From positions 1 to 42,447 of the forward strand of contig LBZW01000001.1 in assembly GCA_000993955.1 (NCBI GenBank): 42,447 nucleotides of DNA. The letters run 5' to 3'. The stretch is from Candidatus Nomurabacteria bacterium GW2011_GWA2_40_9. Lineage in GTDB: Bacteria; Patescibacteriota; Minisyncoccia; Phycocordibacterales; UBA9973. Positions 18,897 through 29,794 of the stretch are shown here, piece after piece. Made by a program: the position numbers and the translations under genes. Under the pieces are notes generated by a model. It had not been told where the DNA came from, made no database searches, and saw only the letters and a list, made by a program, of their open reading frames with translations. The stretch's first letter is position 1; each line of letters opens with the position of its first letter.

Positions 18897-19883
18897 ATGG
18901 ACTTGGAAGAACTTAAAAAAAATCATAACACTAGCTACTTGGCAGGTATTTTGGAGCGTCTAGCTCGTGAAGAAGCGGAGGTGCGAGAGATGATGGGCGG
19001 GGACGATAGTCTGCATGATATGGCGGCCCAAGAATTGAAACTTATCCAAGAACAGCGTGAAAATACAGAAAAGCAAATTCAAGATATTTTAGATAAAGAT
19101 AAAGCTGAAGAAGACAAAAATAACGAATCGCCAAATGAAATAGTGCTAGAAGTGCGGGCCGGTGCTGGCGGAGATGAGGCATCCCTTTTCGCTTGGGAGC
19201 TTGCCCATATGTATGAGCGCTTTGCTGAAGTCCAAGGTTGGCAATGGAAGACAAATTATGAGTCAAAGAGCGATCTGTCTGGCTACAAAGAAGCGAGTTT
19301 TGAAATAAAAGGCAAGGAGAATCAGAATGTGTATAAAATGATGCGTGGGGAGACAGGCGTGCACCGAGTACAGAGAATTCCCGCTACAGAGAAAAACGGT
19401 CGAGTGCATACATCTACTGCGTCTGTTGCCGTGCTACCGATAAAGAAAAAAGTAAATTTTGAAATAAATCCTGCAGAATTCGAGTTAGAATATTCTCGCT
19501 CTGGAGGGAAGGGTGGGCAGAATGTGAACAAGGTTGAGACTGCTGTGCGAATAATTCATTTACCCACAGGGCTCGATGTTCGCTCTACGAACGAACGCAG
19601 TCAGCTCGCAAATAGAGAAAAAGCAATGATGATTTTGACCGCTAAATTACAACTCTTAAAAGAAGAAGAAGAAGCGAGAAAGTACGCAGGCGAACGCAAG
19701 AGCCAGATAGGCACAGGGGACAGAAGTGAGAAAATCCGCACCTACAATTTCCCGCAAGACCGAGTGACAGACCACCGCATCAAAAAATCTTGGCACAATC
19801 TGCCAAAAATAATGGAAGGAGAAATAACAGATATTATAGAGTCGCTAAATTCTGGGGTAGTGGGGGATGAAGAGGAGGAATAA
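18897..19883 (+). CDS. prfA: Peptide chain release factor 1
   Basis: EVRAGAGGDEA, HRVQRIPATE (PxT), GGQNVNK, RSEKIRTYNFPQ. Confidence 0.95.
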   Translation: MDLEELKKNHNTSYLAGILERLAREEAEVREMMGGDDSLHDMAAQELKLIQEQRENTEKQIQDILDKDKAEEDKNNESPNEIVLEVRAGAGGDEASLFAWELAHMYERFAEVQGWQWKTNYESKSDLSGYKEASFEIKGKENQNVYKMMRGETGVHRVQRIPATEKNGRVHTSTASVAVLPIKKKVNFEINPAEFELEYSRSGGKGGQNVNKVETAVRIIHLPTGLDVRSTNERSQLANREKAMMILTAKLQLLKEEEEARKYAGERKSQIGTGDRSEKIRTYNFPQDRVTDHRIKKSWHNLPKIMEGEITDIIESLNSGVVGDEEEE

Positions 19884-19928
19884 AAAATAAAACTTGCTAA
19901 GTAATTTTAATTTTAATATAATACACAT

Positions 19929-20141
19929 ATGAATAAGAAAGTAGACACAATATCTAATAACTTTAGTAAAATAGTCGATTCTTTTAAGGACAAATGGGTT
20001 GCTGTACCTCTAGATTATTCTGAGGTTGTTGCTAGTGCCGATACATTAAATGGTGTTACAAGTAAAATAAAGAAAAACAGTAATTTAAAAATATTTAAGG
20101 TGATTCCTTTTGATATGATTTATTCCCCATTTAATTTATGA
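19929..20141 (+). CDS. Small DUF5678-like protein
   Basis: FKDKWVAV...EVVASADTL pattern; overlaps the downstream protease gene. Confidence 0.6.
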   Translation: MNKKVDTISNNFSKIVDSFKDKWVAVPLDYSEVVASADTLNGVTSKIKKNSNLKIFKVIPFDMIYSPFNL

Positions 20142-20545
20142 AGTATAGTTATTTAACTTCTTTTAATCCTAGAACTGGTCAGCATTTTCGTAGACCAATT
20201 GTTGATGTTGAAATCTTTGGTCCAACAGGAAATTTTAGTACTATCGCACTACTTGATTCTGGGGCGGATAACTGTCTTTTCAATATTGAATACGCAAAAG
20301 AAATAGGTATTGATTTAAATAAATGTACAAAAACTTCAACTACTGGTGTGGAGGGTGATAGGACAGATGTGTATCTTACTGAAATTTATATTCAAGTTAA
20401 ATTTTTAGATAAAATAAAAATAGAAGTAGGATTTATTGATAGCAGGTCTGTAAATGGCTTACTCGGTCAAATAGGATTTTTTGATTTGAATCGCATCAAA
20501 TTTGAGCGTGACCATGGAACTTTTGAAATAAATCCTGTGAAATAA
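20138..20545 (+). CDS. Retropepsin-like aspartyl protease
   Basis: RPIVDV, ALLDSGAD, GLLGQIGFF. Confidence 0.85.
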   Translation: MKYSYLTSFNPRTGQHFRRPIVDVEIFGPTGNFSTIALLDSGADNCLFNIEYAKEIGIDLNKCTKTSTTGVEGDRTDVYLTEIYIQVKFLDKIKIEVGFIDSRSVNGLLGQIGFFDLNRIKFERDHGTFEINPVK

Positions 20546-20547
20546 TT

Positions 20548-21156
20548 ATGCACTTTAACCAAGAAAAATATATGTATAATCCGGGAGAGAATATTAAACT
20601 TTGGGATAAAATAGGATTATCTAAACAAGAGCTTGAAAAGATTGCCTTGGATTTTGAAAGACAAACAATAAAAAACCATGAAAATGTTAGGAAAACAGCG
20701 TGCTCTATTGAACAGGAGTTTGGGGAGCGTGGAGTTGATTTTGAGGGAATCATTTTTGCACAACTTTCAAAAGAGTTTAATCCAGAGGATGTTGATTTTA
20801 ATAATGAAATAGAAAAGAGTATGCGTAATATAGTTAGCACTAGTTACAGTCAATATATTGTTGACGGAGTTTATCCACGCACTCATCTAATTGAGCTTAA
20901 AAAGAATGAGGGGGGGGGTTATAGGATTAATTTTGATATTAATTATGAGTATAGAGATGCTCATCAATTGTTCCTTTTTATTGCAAGTAAAATTCCTGAT
21001 TTTTATCGTAAACTAGAAAAAGCTCGAATTGAAAGAAAACCGTTAGAGTTGGCACGTGATATTGAAAAACAATTTGGCCTTGGTATGTATCGTAAGATTA
21101 CTACAGCACAGGTTGCAGATGCACGTAAGTTGTTGTTTAAACTGGGAAAATTTTAG
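20548..21156 (+). CDS. Hypothetical protein
   Basis: 202-aa ORF, co-oriented with neighbours, no recognisable motif; start uncertain. Confidence 0.6.
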   Translation: MHFNQEKYMYNPGENIKLWDKIGLSKQELEKIALDFERQTIKNHENVRKTACSIEQEFGERGVDFEGIIFAQLSKEFNPEDVDFNNEIEKSMRNIVSTSYSQYIVDGVYPRTHLIELKKNEGGGYRINFDINYEYRDAHQLFLFIASKIPDFYRKLEKARIERKPLELARDIEKQFGLGMYRKITTAQVADARKLLFKLGKF

Positions 21157-21322
21157 AAAAACAAGGGTGACCTATATTCATTTTTCAAAAAAATCAAGGG
21201 TAACTGTTTTACAATTGCTTTTTATTTATTGGTATGAGATACTGATAATGTAGTTTCTCGATGTTTCTACATATTATAATTAGTTTTTGCCGGAGTTTTT
21301 AAAAACCGGAGAAGTAAAATAT

Positions 21323-21679
21323 ATGGCTACAAAGCTATATGTAGGGGGACTCCCTTACAGTACACAAGAAGATGCTCTACGAGAACTCTTCGCACAAGCA
21401 GGTTCTGTCACATCTGCTGTGATTATCATGGACAAAATGTCTGGTCGCTCAAAAGGTTTCGGATTCGTAGAAATGGCTAATGATGCAGATGCACAAAAAG
21501 CTATCTCTATGTTCAACGACCAAGAATTTGAAGGACGCAAACTCACAGTCAACGAAGCTCGCCCTATGGAAGCTCGCCCACCACGAACAGGTGGAAATGG
21601 CGGTGGATACGGAGGAGGCAATAGTCATGGAGGAGGAGGGTATGGAGGAGGCCGCTCAGGTGGACGCCGAGAATACTAA
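21323..21679 (+). CDS. RRM RNA-binding protein with Gly-rich tail
   Basis: KLYVGGL (RNP2), KGFGFVEM (RNP1), LTVNEARP. Confidence 0.95.
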   Translation: MATKLYVGGLPYSTQEDALRELFAQAGSVTSAVIIMDKMSGRSKGFGFVEMANDADAQKAISMFNDQEFEGRKLTVNEARPMEARPPRTGGNGGGYGGGNSHGGGGYGGGRSGGRREY

Positions 21680-21708
21680 ATCTTTTTTTTCCAAATTTAA
21701 TTTCGTTA

Positions 21709-21742
21709 AAACAAAAACACCTCGTACGAGGTGTTTTTGTTT
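21709..21742. terminator. Bidirectional intrinsic terminator
   Basis: Perfect palindrome AAACAAAAACACCTCGTACGAGGTGTTTTTGTTT just after the RRM gene. Confidence 0.8.
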
Positions 21743-21805
21743 GCTTAAAAACATTCTTTTTGTTATATTTTCTATGCGGGATTATTTCTCCTGCTTTTGT
21801 GTTTT

Positions 21806-21880
21806 GAGCATGTAGTTCAGTGGTAGAACGCTGTCCTGATAAGACAGAGGTCGATGGTCCGATTCCATCCATGCTCACCA
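21806..21880 (+). tRNA. tRNA-Ile(GAT)
   Basis: Acceptor GAGCATG/CATGCTC plus ACCA, anticodon arm CTGTC-CTGATAA-GACAG, T arm GATGG-TCCGATT-CCATC. Confidence 0.93.
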
Positions 21881-22010
21881 GGCACAAGAAAAATAAACTG
21901 CTTTATTTTTCTTGCCTTGGTGAGGACCGCAGCGATGTTTTGCCAGCAGGCAAAACCGCGAGGGGCGGGTTGCGAAAATTCCGAGCGATAGCGAGGAATT
22001 ATTTGTAGCC
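21874..22010 (+). repeat. tRNA-linked multi-hairpin element
   Basis: CTCACCA/TGGTGAG encloses a 13-bp stem; also GTTTTGCC-AGCA-GGCAAAAC and AATTCC...GGAATT. Confidence 0.6.
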
Positions 22011-22038
22011 ACAATGTGCGGGTATTTTATAAAATTTT

Positions 22039-22329
22039 ATGGAAACAGAAAATTCAAAAAACAATAGTGCTATTTGGAGACCTGTGATTCTTTTTTATGC
22101 CAAGACAACATCTTGGATTATATTTCCGTTGATTTTAGGAGTATTGCTTGCAAAATATATCAGCAAAACTACTAGCAGTCAGATTTTATTTTTTGTTATA
22201 ATAATTTTGGGTTTTATGATAACATGTTTTGGTATTTATAAAGAAGTGAAAGTATATAAAAGTACTTTAGATAAACAAGACCCACCTTCGCACAAGGCTA
22301 CGGATGGGCAAGTAAAAAATGGCAAATAA
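22039..22329 (+). CDS. AtpZ/AtpI-like two-TM protein at the head of the atp operon
   Basis: Two hydrophobic helices; directly upstream of and overlapping atpB. Confidence 0.65.
   Translation: METENSKNNSAIWRPVILFYAKTTSWIIFPLILGVLLAKYISKTTSSQILFFVIIILGFMITCFGIYKEVKVYKSTLDKQDPPSHKATDGQVKNGK
22281..22312 (+). repeat. In-frame REP-like insert (PPSHKATDGQ)
   Basis: CCCACCTTCGCACAAGGCTACGGATGGGCAAG, a GC-rich imperfect hairpin in an AT-rich gene. Confidence 0.65.
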
Positions 22330-23221
22330 TTTAGAACATAATGGAGAGGTAGTAGAGGAGACAAGTCACGAAGTGACTATCTATGCAGAGCCGATTTTTC
22401 ATGTGGGTAATTTTGCTATCACAAACTCGCTTTTTACTACTTGGCTTGCAGTGCTTTTGATTGCTATATTTTCTCTCGTTATCCGATTAAATCTCAAAAA
22501 AGTTCCAGGGAAATTACAAAATATTTTTGAAGTTATGCTCGAGGGTGCTATGTCTCTCACTGATCAAGTCACAAATGACAGAAAAATAACGAATAAAATT
22601 TTTCCTTTAGTATTTTCTCTTTTTGTATTTATTTTAATAAATAATTGGATCGGGCTTTTGCCTTTTATTTCTGCTATTGGTTTTACGGTTGTTGAAAGTG
22701 GGCAAAATGTTTTTGTTCCTCTTTTTCGTGCGGGGACTGCGGATATCAACACCACCCTTGCTTTGTCGCTTATGATCATTGTCGCTTCAAATCTATTTGG
22801 CATACTCACTATCGGGCTCTGGAAACTTTTTAATAAATATGTTAATCTAAAAGCACTTGGTGAGATATTTACCAAGTTTAAAAAGGACAAGACTGTGGTC
22901 ATCGTATCTCCAATTTCTGTGTTTGTAGGGTTGCTTGAACTCATAGGAGAAATGGCAAAAATCGCATCGCTTTCTTTTCGTCTTTTTGGTAATGTTTTTG
23001 CAGGAGAAGTATTGCTCGCTTCTATGTCGGCAATATTTTTGTATATTTTACCGGGGCCGTTTTTGTTCCTTGAAGTTTTCATAGGACTCATTCAAGCATT
23101 GATATTTTCTTTGCTTGGGGCTGTGTATTTTACCATCGCAGCGCAGGATCATAATGAACACGAGGAGTATGAAACGGTGAGAGCTTTAGACTCTCATGAG
23201 AGTCTAAAGCTCTCACCGTAA
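22319..23221 (+). CDS. atpB: ATP synthase Fo subunit a
   Basis: VPGKLQN, TADINTT, SLSFRLFGN, IQALIFSLL. Confidence 0.96.
   Translation: MANNLEHNGEVVEETSHEVTIYAEPIFHVGNFAITNSLFTTWLAVLLIAIFSLVIRLNLKKVPGKLQNIFEVMLEGAMSLTDQVTNDRKITNKIFPLVFSLFVFILINNWIGLLPFISAIGFTVVESGQNVFVPLFRAGTADINTTLALSLMIIVASNLFGILTIGLWKLFNKYVNLKALGEIFTKFKKDKTVVIVSPISVFVGLLELIGEMAKIASLSFRLFGNVFAGEVLLASMSAIFLYILPGPFLFLEVFIGLIQALIFSLLGAVYFTIAAQDHNEHEEYETVRALDSHESLKLSP
23174..23219. repeat. Perfect 46-bp palindrome forming the atpB C-terminus (TVRALDSHESLKLSP)
   Basis: ACGGTGAGAGCTTTAGACTCTCA|TGAGAGTCTAAAGCTCTCACCGT. Confidence 0.95.
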
Positions 23222-23266
23222 AGTTATTATAAGTTAGTCGAAATTATTATTAGTTTTTAATTTTAA

Positions 23267-23521
<255 letters not shown>

Positions 23522-23523
23522 AA

Positions 23524-23973
23524 ATGGATGAATTTATAGCTACATTTCACATAGATTGGAAACTCATGCTTGCCCAAGTGATAAACTTTGGTTTGGTGTT
23601 TTTGGCATTGTATATGCTTGCGGCCAAGCCTTTAAAAAAGTTAGTCGATGAAAGAAGTAATGAGATAAGCAAAGGACTGGATGATGCAAAAAAATCACGT
23701 GAGTTACTTTTGTTGGCTACTGAGGAATATAAACAAAATTCAATTAAACTTCGAAAATTATCTGTAGATACACAAGTAGAATTAAAAAAAGATTTAGAAA
23801 AGTTACGACAAGAAAATATCGAGAAGATGAGACTTAATACTGAAGAGTGGAAAAAAAATAGAATTAAACAAATGGAGATAGATAAAAGGGAGTTAATTGA
23901 ATCAGCAAAGAAAGATGTTATGTCTTTGGCTACATTCGTCGCAGAGAAAATTATGAACGATAAGAATAAATAA
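23524..23973 (+). CDS. atpF: ATP synthase Fo subunit b
   Basis: AQVINF, KPL...ER, coiled coil; operon position. Confidence 0.92.
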   Translation: MDEFIATFHIDWKLMLAQVINFGLVFLALYMLAAKPLKKLVDERSNEISKGLDDAKKSRELLLLATEEYKQNSIKLRKLSVDTQVELKKDLEKLRQENIEKMRLNTEEWKKNRIKQMEIDKRELIESAKKDVMSLATFVAEKIMNDKNK

Positions 23974-23975
23974 AT

Positions 23976-24386
23976 ATGCAGAAAATTTCTCCAAAAAATA
24001 TTGCAGAGGCAGTGTATGAAGCTACTGAGGGCAAGAGCACAGCTGAGCAAGAGCTTATATTGAAACGCACGGTGCATATTTTACAGGACAAAAGATTACT
24101 TGGTAAATCAAAATATATTTTGGAAGCCTTGCAAAATATTATCGATAAAAAAACAAATACAGTCAGACTCAAAGTAATTACAGCAAAAATATTGAGTAAA
24201 GAAGATCAAGCAAAGATTGAAAATGAAACAAAAATAAAGTACAAGGGAGATAAAGTAATAAGTGAATTTTTTGTAAAAGGTGAATTATTGGGGGGGGTGC
24301 GGGTCGAAGTGGGGGATGAAGTATTAGACACGACATACAAAAACAAACTTCAAAAGCTAGAAAAGTTTTTAATACAAAGTAAATAA
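23976..24386 (+). CDS. atpH: ATP synthase F1 subunit delta (short form)
   Basis: LLGGVRVEVGDEVLDTT; operon position. Confidence 0.9.
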   Translation: MQKISPKNIAEAVYEATEGKSTAEQELILKRTVHILQDKRLLGKSKYILEALQNIIDKKTNTVRLKVITAKILSKEDQAKIENETKIKYKGDKVISEFFVKGELLGGVRVEVGDEVLDTTYKNKLQKLEKFLIQSK

Positions 24387-24387
24387 A

Positions 24388-24428
24388 GTCCCGATGTAAA
24401 GTCGGGATCCCGACCAAAAGCATTGGGA
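24388..24428. repeat. Intergenic tandem hairpin element
   Basis: TCCCGAT-GTAAA-GTCGGGA followed by TCCCGAC-CAAAAGC-ATTGGGA. Confidence 0.7.
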
Positions 24429-24441
24429 AAAAATAAAATAT

Positions 24442-25944
24442 ATGTCAAATCATATTGTAGAAAATTTAAGAAAAGAAATAGAAGCTTTCAAAATAGAAAC
24501 AAAGGGAGAGTTGGTGGGCAAGGTAGTAGAAGTCTTCGATGGTATTGCTAAATGTTCTGGACTGTCTGATGTAAAGTCAGGGGAGATGGTGACATTTGCA
24601 GGTGGGGAGACAGGTGTGGTTTTAAACCTCGAAGAAGACACCGTGGGTATTATCATTCTTTCAGATTTTTCAAAGATTAAAGAAGGGGATGAAGTGAAAG
24701 CTACTGACCGTATCCTCGAAGTACCTGTGGGAGAAGCACAGATAGGAAGAGTACTCAATGCGCTCGGTGCGCCGATAGACGGCAAAGGTGATGTAAAAAC
24801 ATCAAGTGCACAGCCTATAGAAAAAGTGGCATCTGGAGTGGTCACACGACAAGGGGTAGATCAGCCAGTTGCTACTGGTATCAAGGCTATCGATGCATTG
24901 ATCCCTATCGGTCGTGGACAGCGCGAACTCATCATCGGAGACAGGCAGACAGGTAAGACTGCCATCGCTATTGACACAATTTTAAATCAAAAAGGTCAAA
25001 ACATGATCTGTGTATATGTATCGATCGGTCAAAAAGACTCTAAACTTCGCAAACTCCAGACTCGCCTCGAAGAAGGGGGTGCGATGGACTACACTATCAT
25101 CGTCTCTGCGGGTAGTTCTGAGCCAGCAGCTCTCTCATACATCGCTCCTTATACTGGAGTCTCTATTGCTGAGTATTTTATGGATCAGGGCAAGGATGTG
25201 TTGATTATTTACGATGATTTGTCCAAGCACGCTGTAGCATATCGAGAAATTTCACTGCTTCTTCGCCGACCACCAGGACGCGAAGCATATCCGGGAGACG
25301 TGTTTTACTTACACTCTAGGCTCCTTGAACGTGCATGCCGAAAAAATGAAAAATACGGCGGAGGATCTATCACTACGCTTCCAATTATTGAAACTCAAGC
25401 AGGAGATATCTCTGCATATATTCCTACAAATGTGATTTCTATTACCGACGGACAGATATTCCTCGAGACTGATTTATTTTATAAAGGTGTTCGTCCTGCA
25501 GTAAATGTCGGATTCTCTGTATCTCGAGTGGGTTCATCTGCGCAGATCAAAGCTATGAAAAAAGTAGCTGGAACTCTCAAGCTCGACCTTGCACAATTTC
25601 GAGAACTCGAAGCTTTTGCACAATTCGGCTCTGACCTAGATGATGCCACAAAGGCACAACTCGAACGCGGGAAGCGTGCAGTGGAAGTTCTAAAACAGCC
25701 ACAATATTCTCCAGTCGTTATCGAACGCCAAGTTGTCACTTTGTATGCACTTACCCGAGGCTACATGGACGATGTGCCACTAAACAAGATAAAAGAATTT
25801 GAATCTGGACTCATAGAATATGCAGAGAGAAATGCAAAAACTTTCTTGAGTGAAGTTATTGAAAAGAAAATGTGGTCTGATGTTGGGGAAGAAGAATTAA
25901 AAAAAGCGATAGCAGACTTTAAAACTAACTTTTTAACTTTATAA
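24442..25944 (+). CDS. atpA: ATP synthase F1 subunit alpha
   Basis: [40 protein letters not shown]. Confidence 0.98.
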   Translation: MSNHIVENLRKEIEAFKIETKGELVGKVVEVFDGIAKCSGLSDVKSGEMVTFAGGETGVVLNLEEDTVGIIILSDFSKIKEGDEVKATDRILEVPVGEAQIGRVLNALGAPIDGKGDVKTSSAQPIEKVASGVVTRQGVDQPVATGIKAIDALIPIGRGQRELIIGDRQTGKTAIAIDTILNQKGQNMICVYVSIGQKDSKLRKLQTRLEEGGAMDYTIIVSAGSSEPAALSYIAPYTGVSIAEYFMDQGKDVLIIYDDLSKHAVAYREISLLLRRPPGREAYPGDVFYLHSRLLERACRKNEKYGGGSITTLPIIETQAGDISAYIPTNVISITDGQIFLETDLFYKGVRPAVNVGFSVSRVGSSAQIKAMKKVAGTLKLDLAQFRELEAFAQFGSDLDDATKAQLERGKRAVEVLKQPQYSPVVIERQVVTLYALTRGYMDDVPLNKIKEFESGLIEYAERNAKTFLSEVIEKKMWSDVGEEELKKAIADFKTNFLTL

Positions 25945-25968
25945 CTTTTGACTTTATAAACTTATTAT

Positions 25969-26916
25969 ATGACCGGAACAAAAGAAATTAAAAGAAGAAT
26001 AAAGAGTGTGAAGAACACAAAGAAGATAACCAAGGCGATGGAGCTAGTGGCTGCTTCGAAGATGAAGCGCGCAGTTTCTAAGACTCTCGCATCTCGTGTG
26101 TATGCAAATTATTCTTGGGAGCTTTTGACTTCTGTTTCAGCAAAACTTGAAGAGGTGACACACCCATTTTTTACTCCTGCCCGCAATGCTACGCATAGCG
26201 TTGCAGGTGGGGAAAATAAAACAGGTAAAACTTTGATAGTTCTCATCACTTCAAACAGAGGTTTGTGCGGAGCGTACAATTCTCAAGTCATCAAGAAAAC
26301 TATTTTAAAACTAAAATCTTTAGAAAATGAAGAAGTTGATTTCATAACCCTTGGCAAAAAAGGCGACGGCACTATGCGCAGAGTAGGGCAGAATATCGTG
26401 GCATCTTTTATTGAATTGCCAGATATTATTTCTTTATCTGATATCACAGCTGTGTCTAACTTTTTAACTAGTGAATATAAAATAGGAAATTATAAAAAAG
26501 TCTATGTGGCATATACAGACTTTGTATCAGCACTGACTCAAAAAGCACAGATCAGAAAGCTCTTGCCAGTGTCTAAAGAAGAATTGAAAGAAGTAATAGA
26601 CGGTCTAGATTCCCCCAAAGCCTTGCTTTTGGAAAATCCCCAAAGCAAGGCTTTGGGGTCAACATATTTGTTCGAAGGTGATATAAATAAACTCATAGAA
26701 ACGCTGGCAGAAAAACTAGTAAAGATGCAGATATATCAGATGTTGTTAGAGTCCAATGCTTCCGAACAGTCAAGCAGAATGCTTTCAATGAAAAATGCCG
26801 GAGACGCAGCAGGAGAGATGATCAATGATTTGACCTTGGTATTCAACAAAGCAAGACAGGCAAATATTACCAGAGAAATAAGTGAGATTAGTGCCGGTAT
26901 GGCAAGTGTGAGTTGA
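25969..26916 (+). CDS. atpG: ATP synthase F1 subunit gamma
   Basis: KITKAMELVAASK, RGLCGAYN, ARQANITREISEI. Confidence 0.97.
   Translation: MTGTKEIKRRIKSVKNTKKITKAMELVAASKMKRAVSKTLASRVYANYSWELLTSVSAKLEEVTHPFFTPARNATHSVAGGENKTGKTLIVLITSNRGLCGAYNSQVIKKTILKLKSLENEEVDFITLGKKGDGTMRRVGQNIVASFIELPDIISLSDITAVSNFLTSEYKIGNYKKVYVAYTDFVSALTQKAQIRKLLPVSKEELKEVIDGLDSPKALLLENPQSKALGSTYLFEGDINKLIETLAEKLVKMQIYQMLLESNASEQSSRMLSMKNAGDAAGEMINDLTLVFNKARQANITREISEISAGMASVS
26176..26211. repeat. In-frame palindromic insert in atpG (PARNATHSVAGG)
   Basis: CCTGCCCGCAATGCTACGCATAGCGTTGCAGGTGGG, 36 bp. Confidence 0.9.
26613..26658. repeat. In-frame REP-like doublet in atpG (PKALLLENPQSKALG)
   Basis: 17-bp arms CCCCAAAGCCTTGCTTT / AAAGCAAGGCTTTGGGG. 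Confidence 0.9.
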
Positions 26917-26959
26917 TCGCCCGTAGCCTCGGGGGAGATGTCCGAAGGGCAGAGGGGGT
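26917..26959 (+). repeat. Intergenic copy of the gatB 13242-type element
   Basis: GGGGGAGATGTCCGAAGGGCAGAGGGGGT. Confidence 0.8.
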
Positions 26960-26991
26960 CTGAATAAAATTATTAAAAAATTATCAGTTAA

Positions 26992-28389
<1,398 letters not shown>

Positions 28390-28390
28390 A

Positions 28391-28420
28391 AAAGTCTCTG
28401 CCTGATAGGGCAGAGACTTT
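28391..28420. terminator. Hairpin between atpD and atpC, terminator-like (longer U tract on the minus strand)
   Basis: AAAGTCTCTGCC-TGATAG-GGCAGAGACTTT preceded by an A run. Confidence 0.6.
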
Positions 28421-28428
28421 GGAGCTCT

Positions 28429-28509
28429 CTATAATGAAGTTAACCATACCATAGAGAGCCAGGCGGCTACATACAGTAACCACCTAATAAACTCCCTCAA
28501 ATTTTTCAT
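28429..28509 (-). CDS. Candidate 26-aa hydrophobic small protein
   Basis: MKNLREFIRWLLYVAAWLSMVWLTSL* fits in the atpD-atpC gap and is followed by the hairpin. Confidence 0.35.
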   Translation of the reverse strand: MKNLREFIRWLLYVAAWLSMVWLTSL

Positions 28510-28549
28510 AAAGTAAGAATTTTTTATATAATAATATAAATACACAAAA

Positions 28550-29029
28550 ATGTCAAAGCAATTAAAACTAAAAATAGTAACTCCAGAAAAATTGGTTCTA
28601 GAAGAGCTTGTTGATGAAGTGATTATCCCTACTACAGAAGGGGAGATTGCTGTGTTGCCTGAACACATACCTATAGTTGCTGGACTCAAATCAGGAGATG
28701 TTGTCGGCATAGTAAACGGCGAGCATATTCCTTTTGCTGTCGTTGGAGGGTTCGTAGAAGTGAAATATTTACCAGAGGCAAGGCCTCTGTCTGCCAGAGG
28801 CCTTGCCTCTGGTATTACTGAAGTAGTGATTCTCGCTGATTTTGCAGAACATGTATCAGAACTTTCTGATGATGCTGTAACAAAAGCAAAAGCTCGTGCC
28901 GAAGAACTACGCAAACAAGCAGAAAACAAAGAAGTAGTAGACTTTGAACACTTTGAGTCCGAACTCGAGCGCGCTCTAACCAGAGTCAAAATCGCTGACA
29001 AGTGGAGAACTAGAAAGTATAGGAAATAA
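28550..29029 (+). CDS. atpC: ATP synthase F1 subunit epsilon
   Basis: LKIVTPEK, GEIAVLPEHIP, VGGFVEV, VILADFAE, AKARAEE. Confidence 0.96.
   Translation: MSKQLKLKIVTPEKLVLEELVDEVIIPTTEGEIAVLPEHIPIVAGLKSGDVVGIVNGEHIPFAVVGGFVEVKYLPEARPLSARGLASGITEVVILADFAEHVSELSDDAVTKAKARAEELRKQAENKEVVDFEHFESELERALTRVKIADKWRTRKYRK
28770..28814. repeat. In-frame REP-like doublet in atpC (LPEARPLSARGLASG)
   Basis: 20-bp perfect arms TACCAGAGGCAAGGCCTCTG / CAGAGGCCTTGCCTCTGGTA; 45 bp in total. Confidence 0.93.
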
Positions 29030-29064
29030 TAAATAATGTTATTATGAAAAAGAGTTTAATTAAT

Positions 29065-29745
29065 ATGTCTAAACTATATATAGTAGCCACACCAATAGGA
29101 AATATGACAGATATCACGCTCCGAGCTATTGAGACACTCAAAAATGTAGATTTAATTTTATGTGAAGATACTCGGGTCACGAAAAATCTTTTAAATAAAT
29201 ATGACATAAAAAAGCCTACGATGAGCTACCATGCTCATAGCAAACTTGCAAAAATAGACAAAATTATAGAACTTCTAGAAGAAGGGAAAGATCTCGCTCT
29301 TGTCTCAGACGCAGGCACACCCGGCATATCAGACCCAGGAGCGCTACTAGTATCTAAAATAAAAGAATATTTTAATAATGACAAAGTGCAAGTCGTACCT
29401 ATTCCCGGAGCGACAGCTATCATCACAGCGCTCTCTGCTTCGGGACTGCCGACACATGAATTTACTTTTTTAGGTTTTTTACCACACAAAAAAGGCAGAG
29501 AAACTTTATTTAAAGAAATAGCAGAATCAAAACGCACTGTAGTTTTCTACGAGTCCACACACAGAATTATAAAAACTCTAGAATCTCTGGTGAAATTTTC
29601 TCCAGAAAAGAATATCTGTGTTGCTCGCGAGCTGACAAAAATTTATGAACAATTTAAAACAGGCACGCCATCCGAGGTATTAAATTATTTTAATGAGAAT
29701 AAAGATAAAGTGAGAGGTGAATTTACAGTAATTGTCTCGGTTTAG
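29065..29745 (+). CDS. rsmI: 16S rRNA Cm1402 methyltransferase RsmI
   Basis: LYIVATPIGN, CEDTR, SDAGTPGISDPG, FYESTHR, ARELTK; alternative start 29044. Confidence 0.95.
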   Translation: MSKLYIVATPIGNMTDITLRAIETLKNVDLILCEDTRVTKNLLNKYDIKKPTMSYHAHSKLAKIDKIIELLEEGKDLALVSDAGTPGISDPGALLVSKIKEYFNNDKVQVVPIPGATAIITALSASGLPTHEFTFLGFLPHKKGRETLFKEIAESKRTVVFYESTHRIIKTLESLVKFSPEKNICVARELTKIYEQFKTGTPSEVLNYFNENKDKVRGEFTVIVSV

Positions 29746-29794
29746 ATTTTGTATTATACTGCATAAATGAATATGAATTTTTATAAAAAAATTT

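Noticed and set aside
21590..21670. GGA/GGT-rich repeat
   Set aside because: Simply the Gly-rich tail of the RRM protein.
21564..22014. Short ORFs across tRNA-Ile
   Set aside because: They overlap the tRNA, the terminator and the hairpin element.
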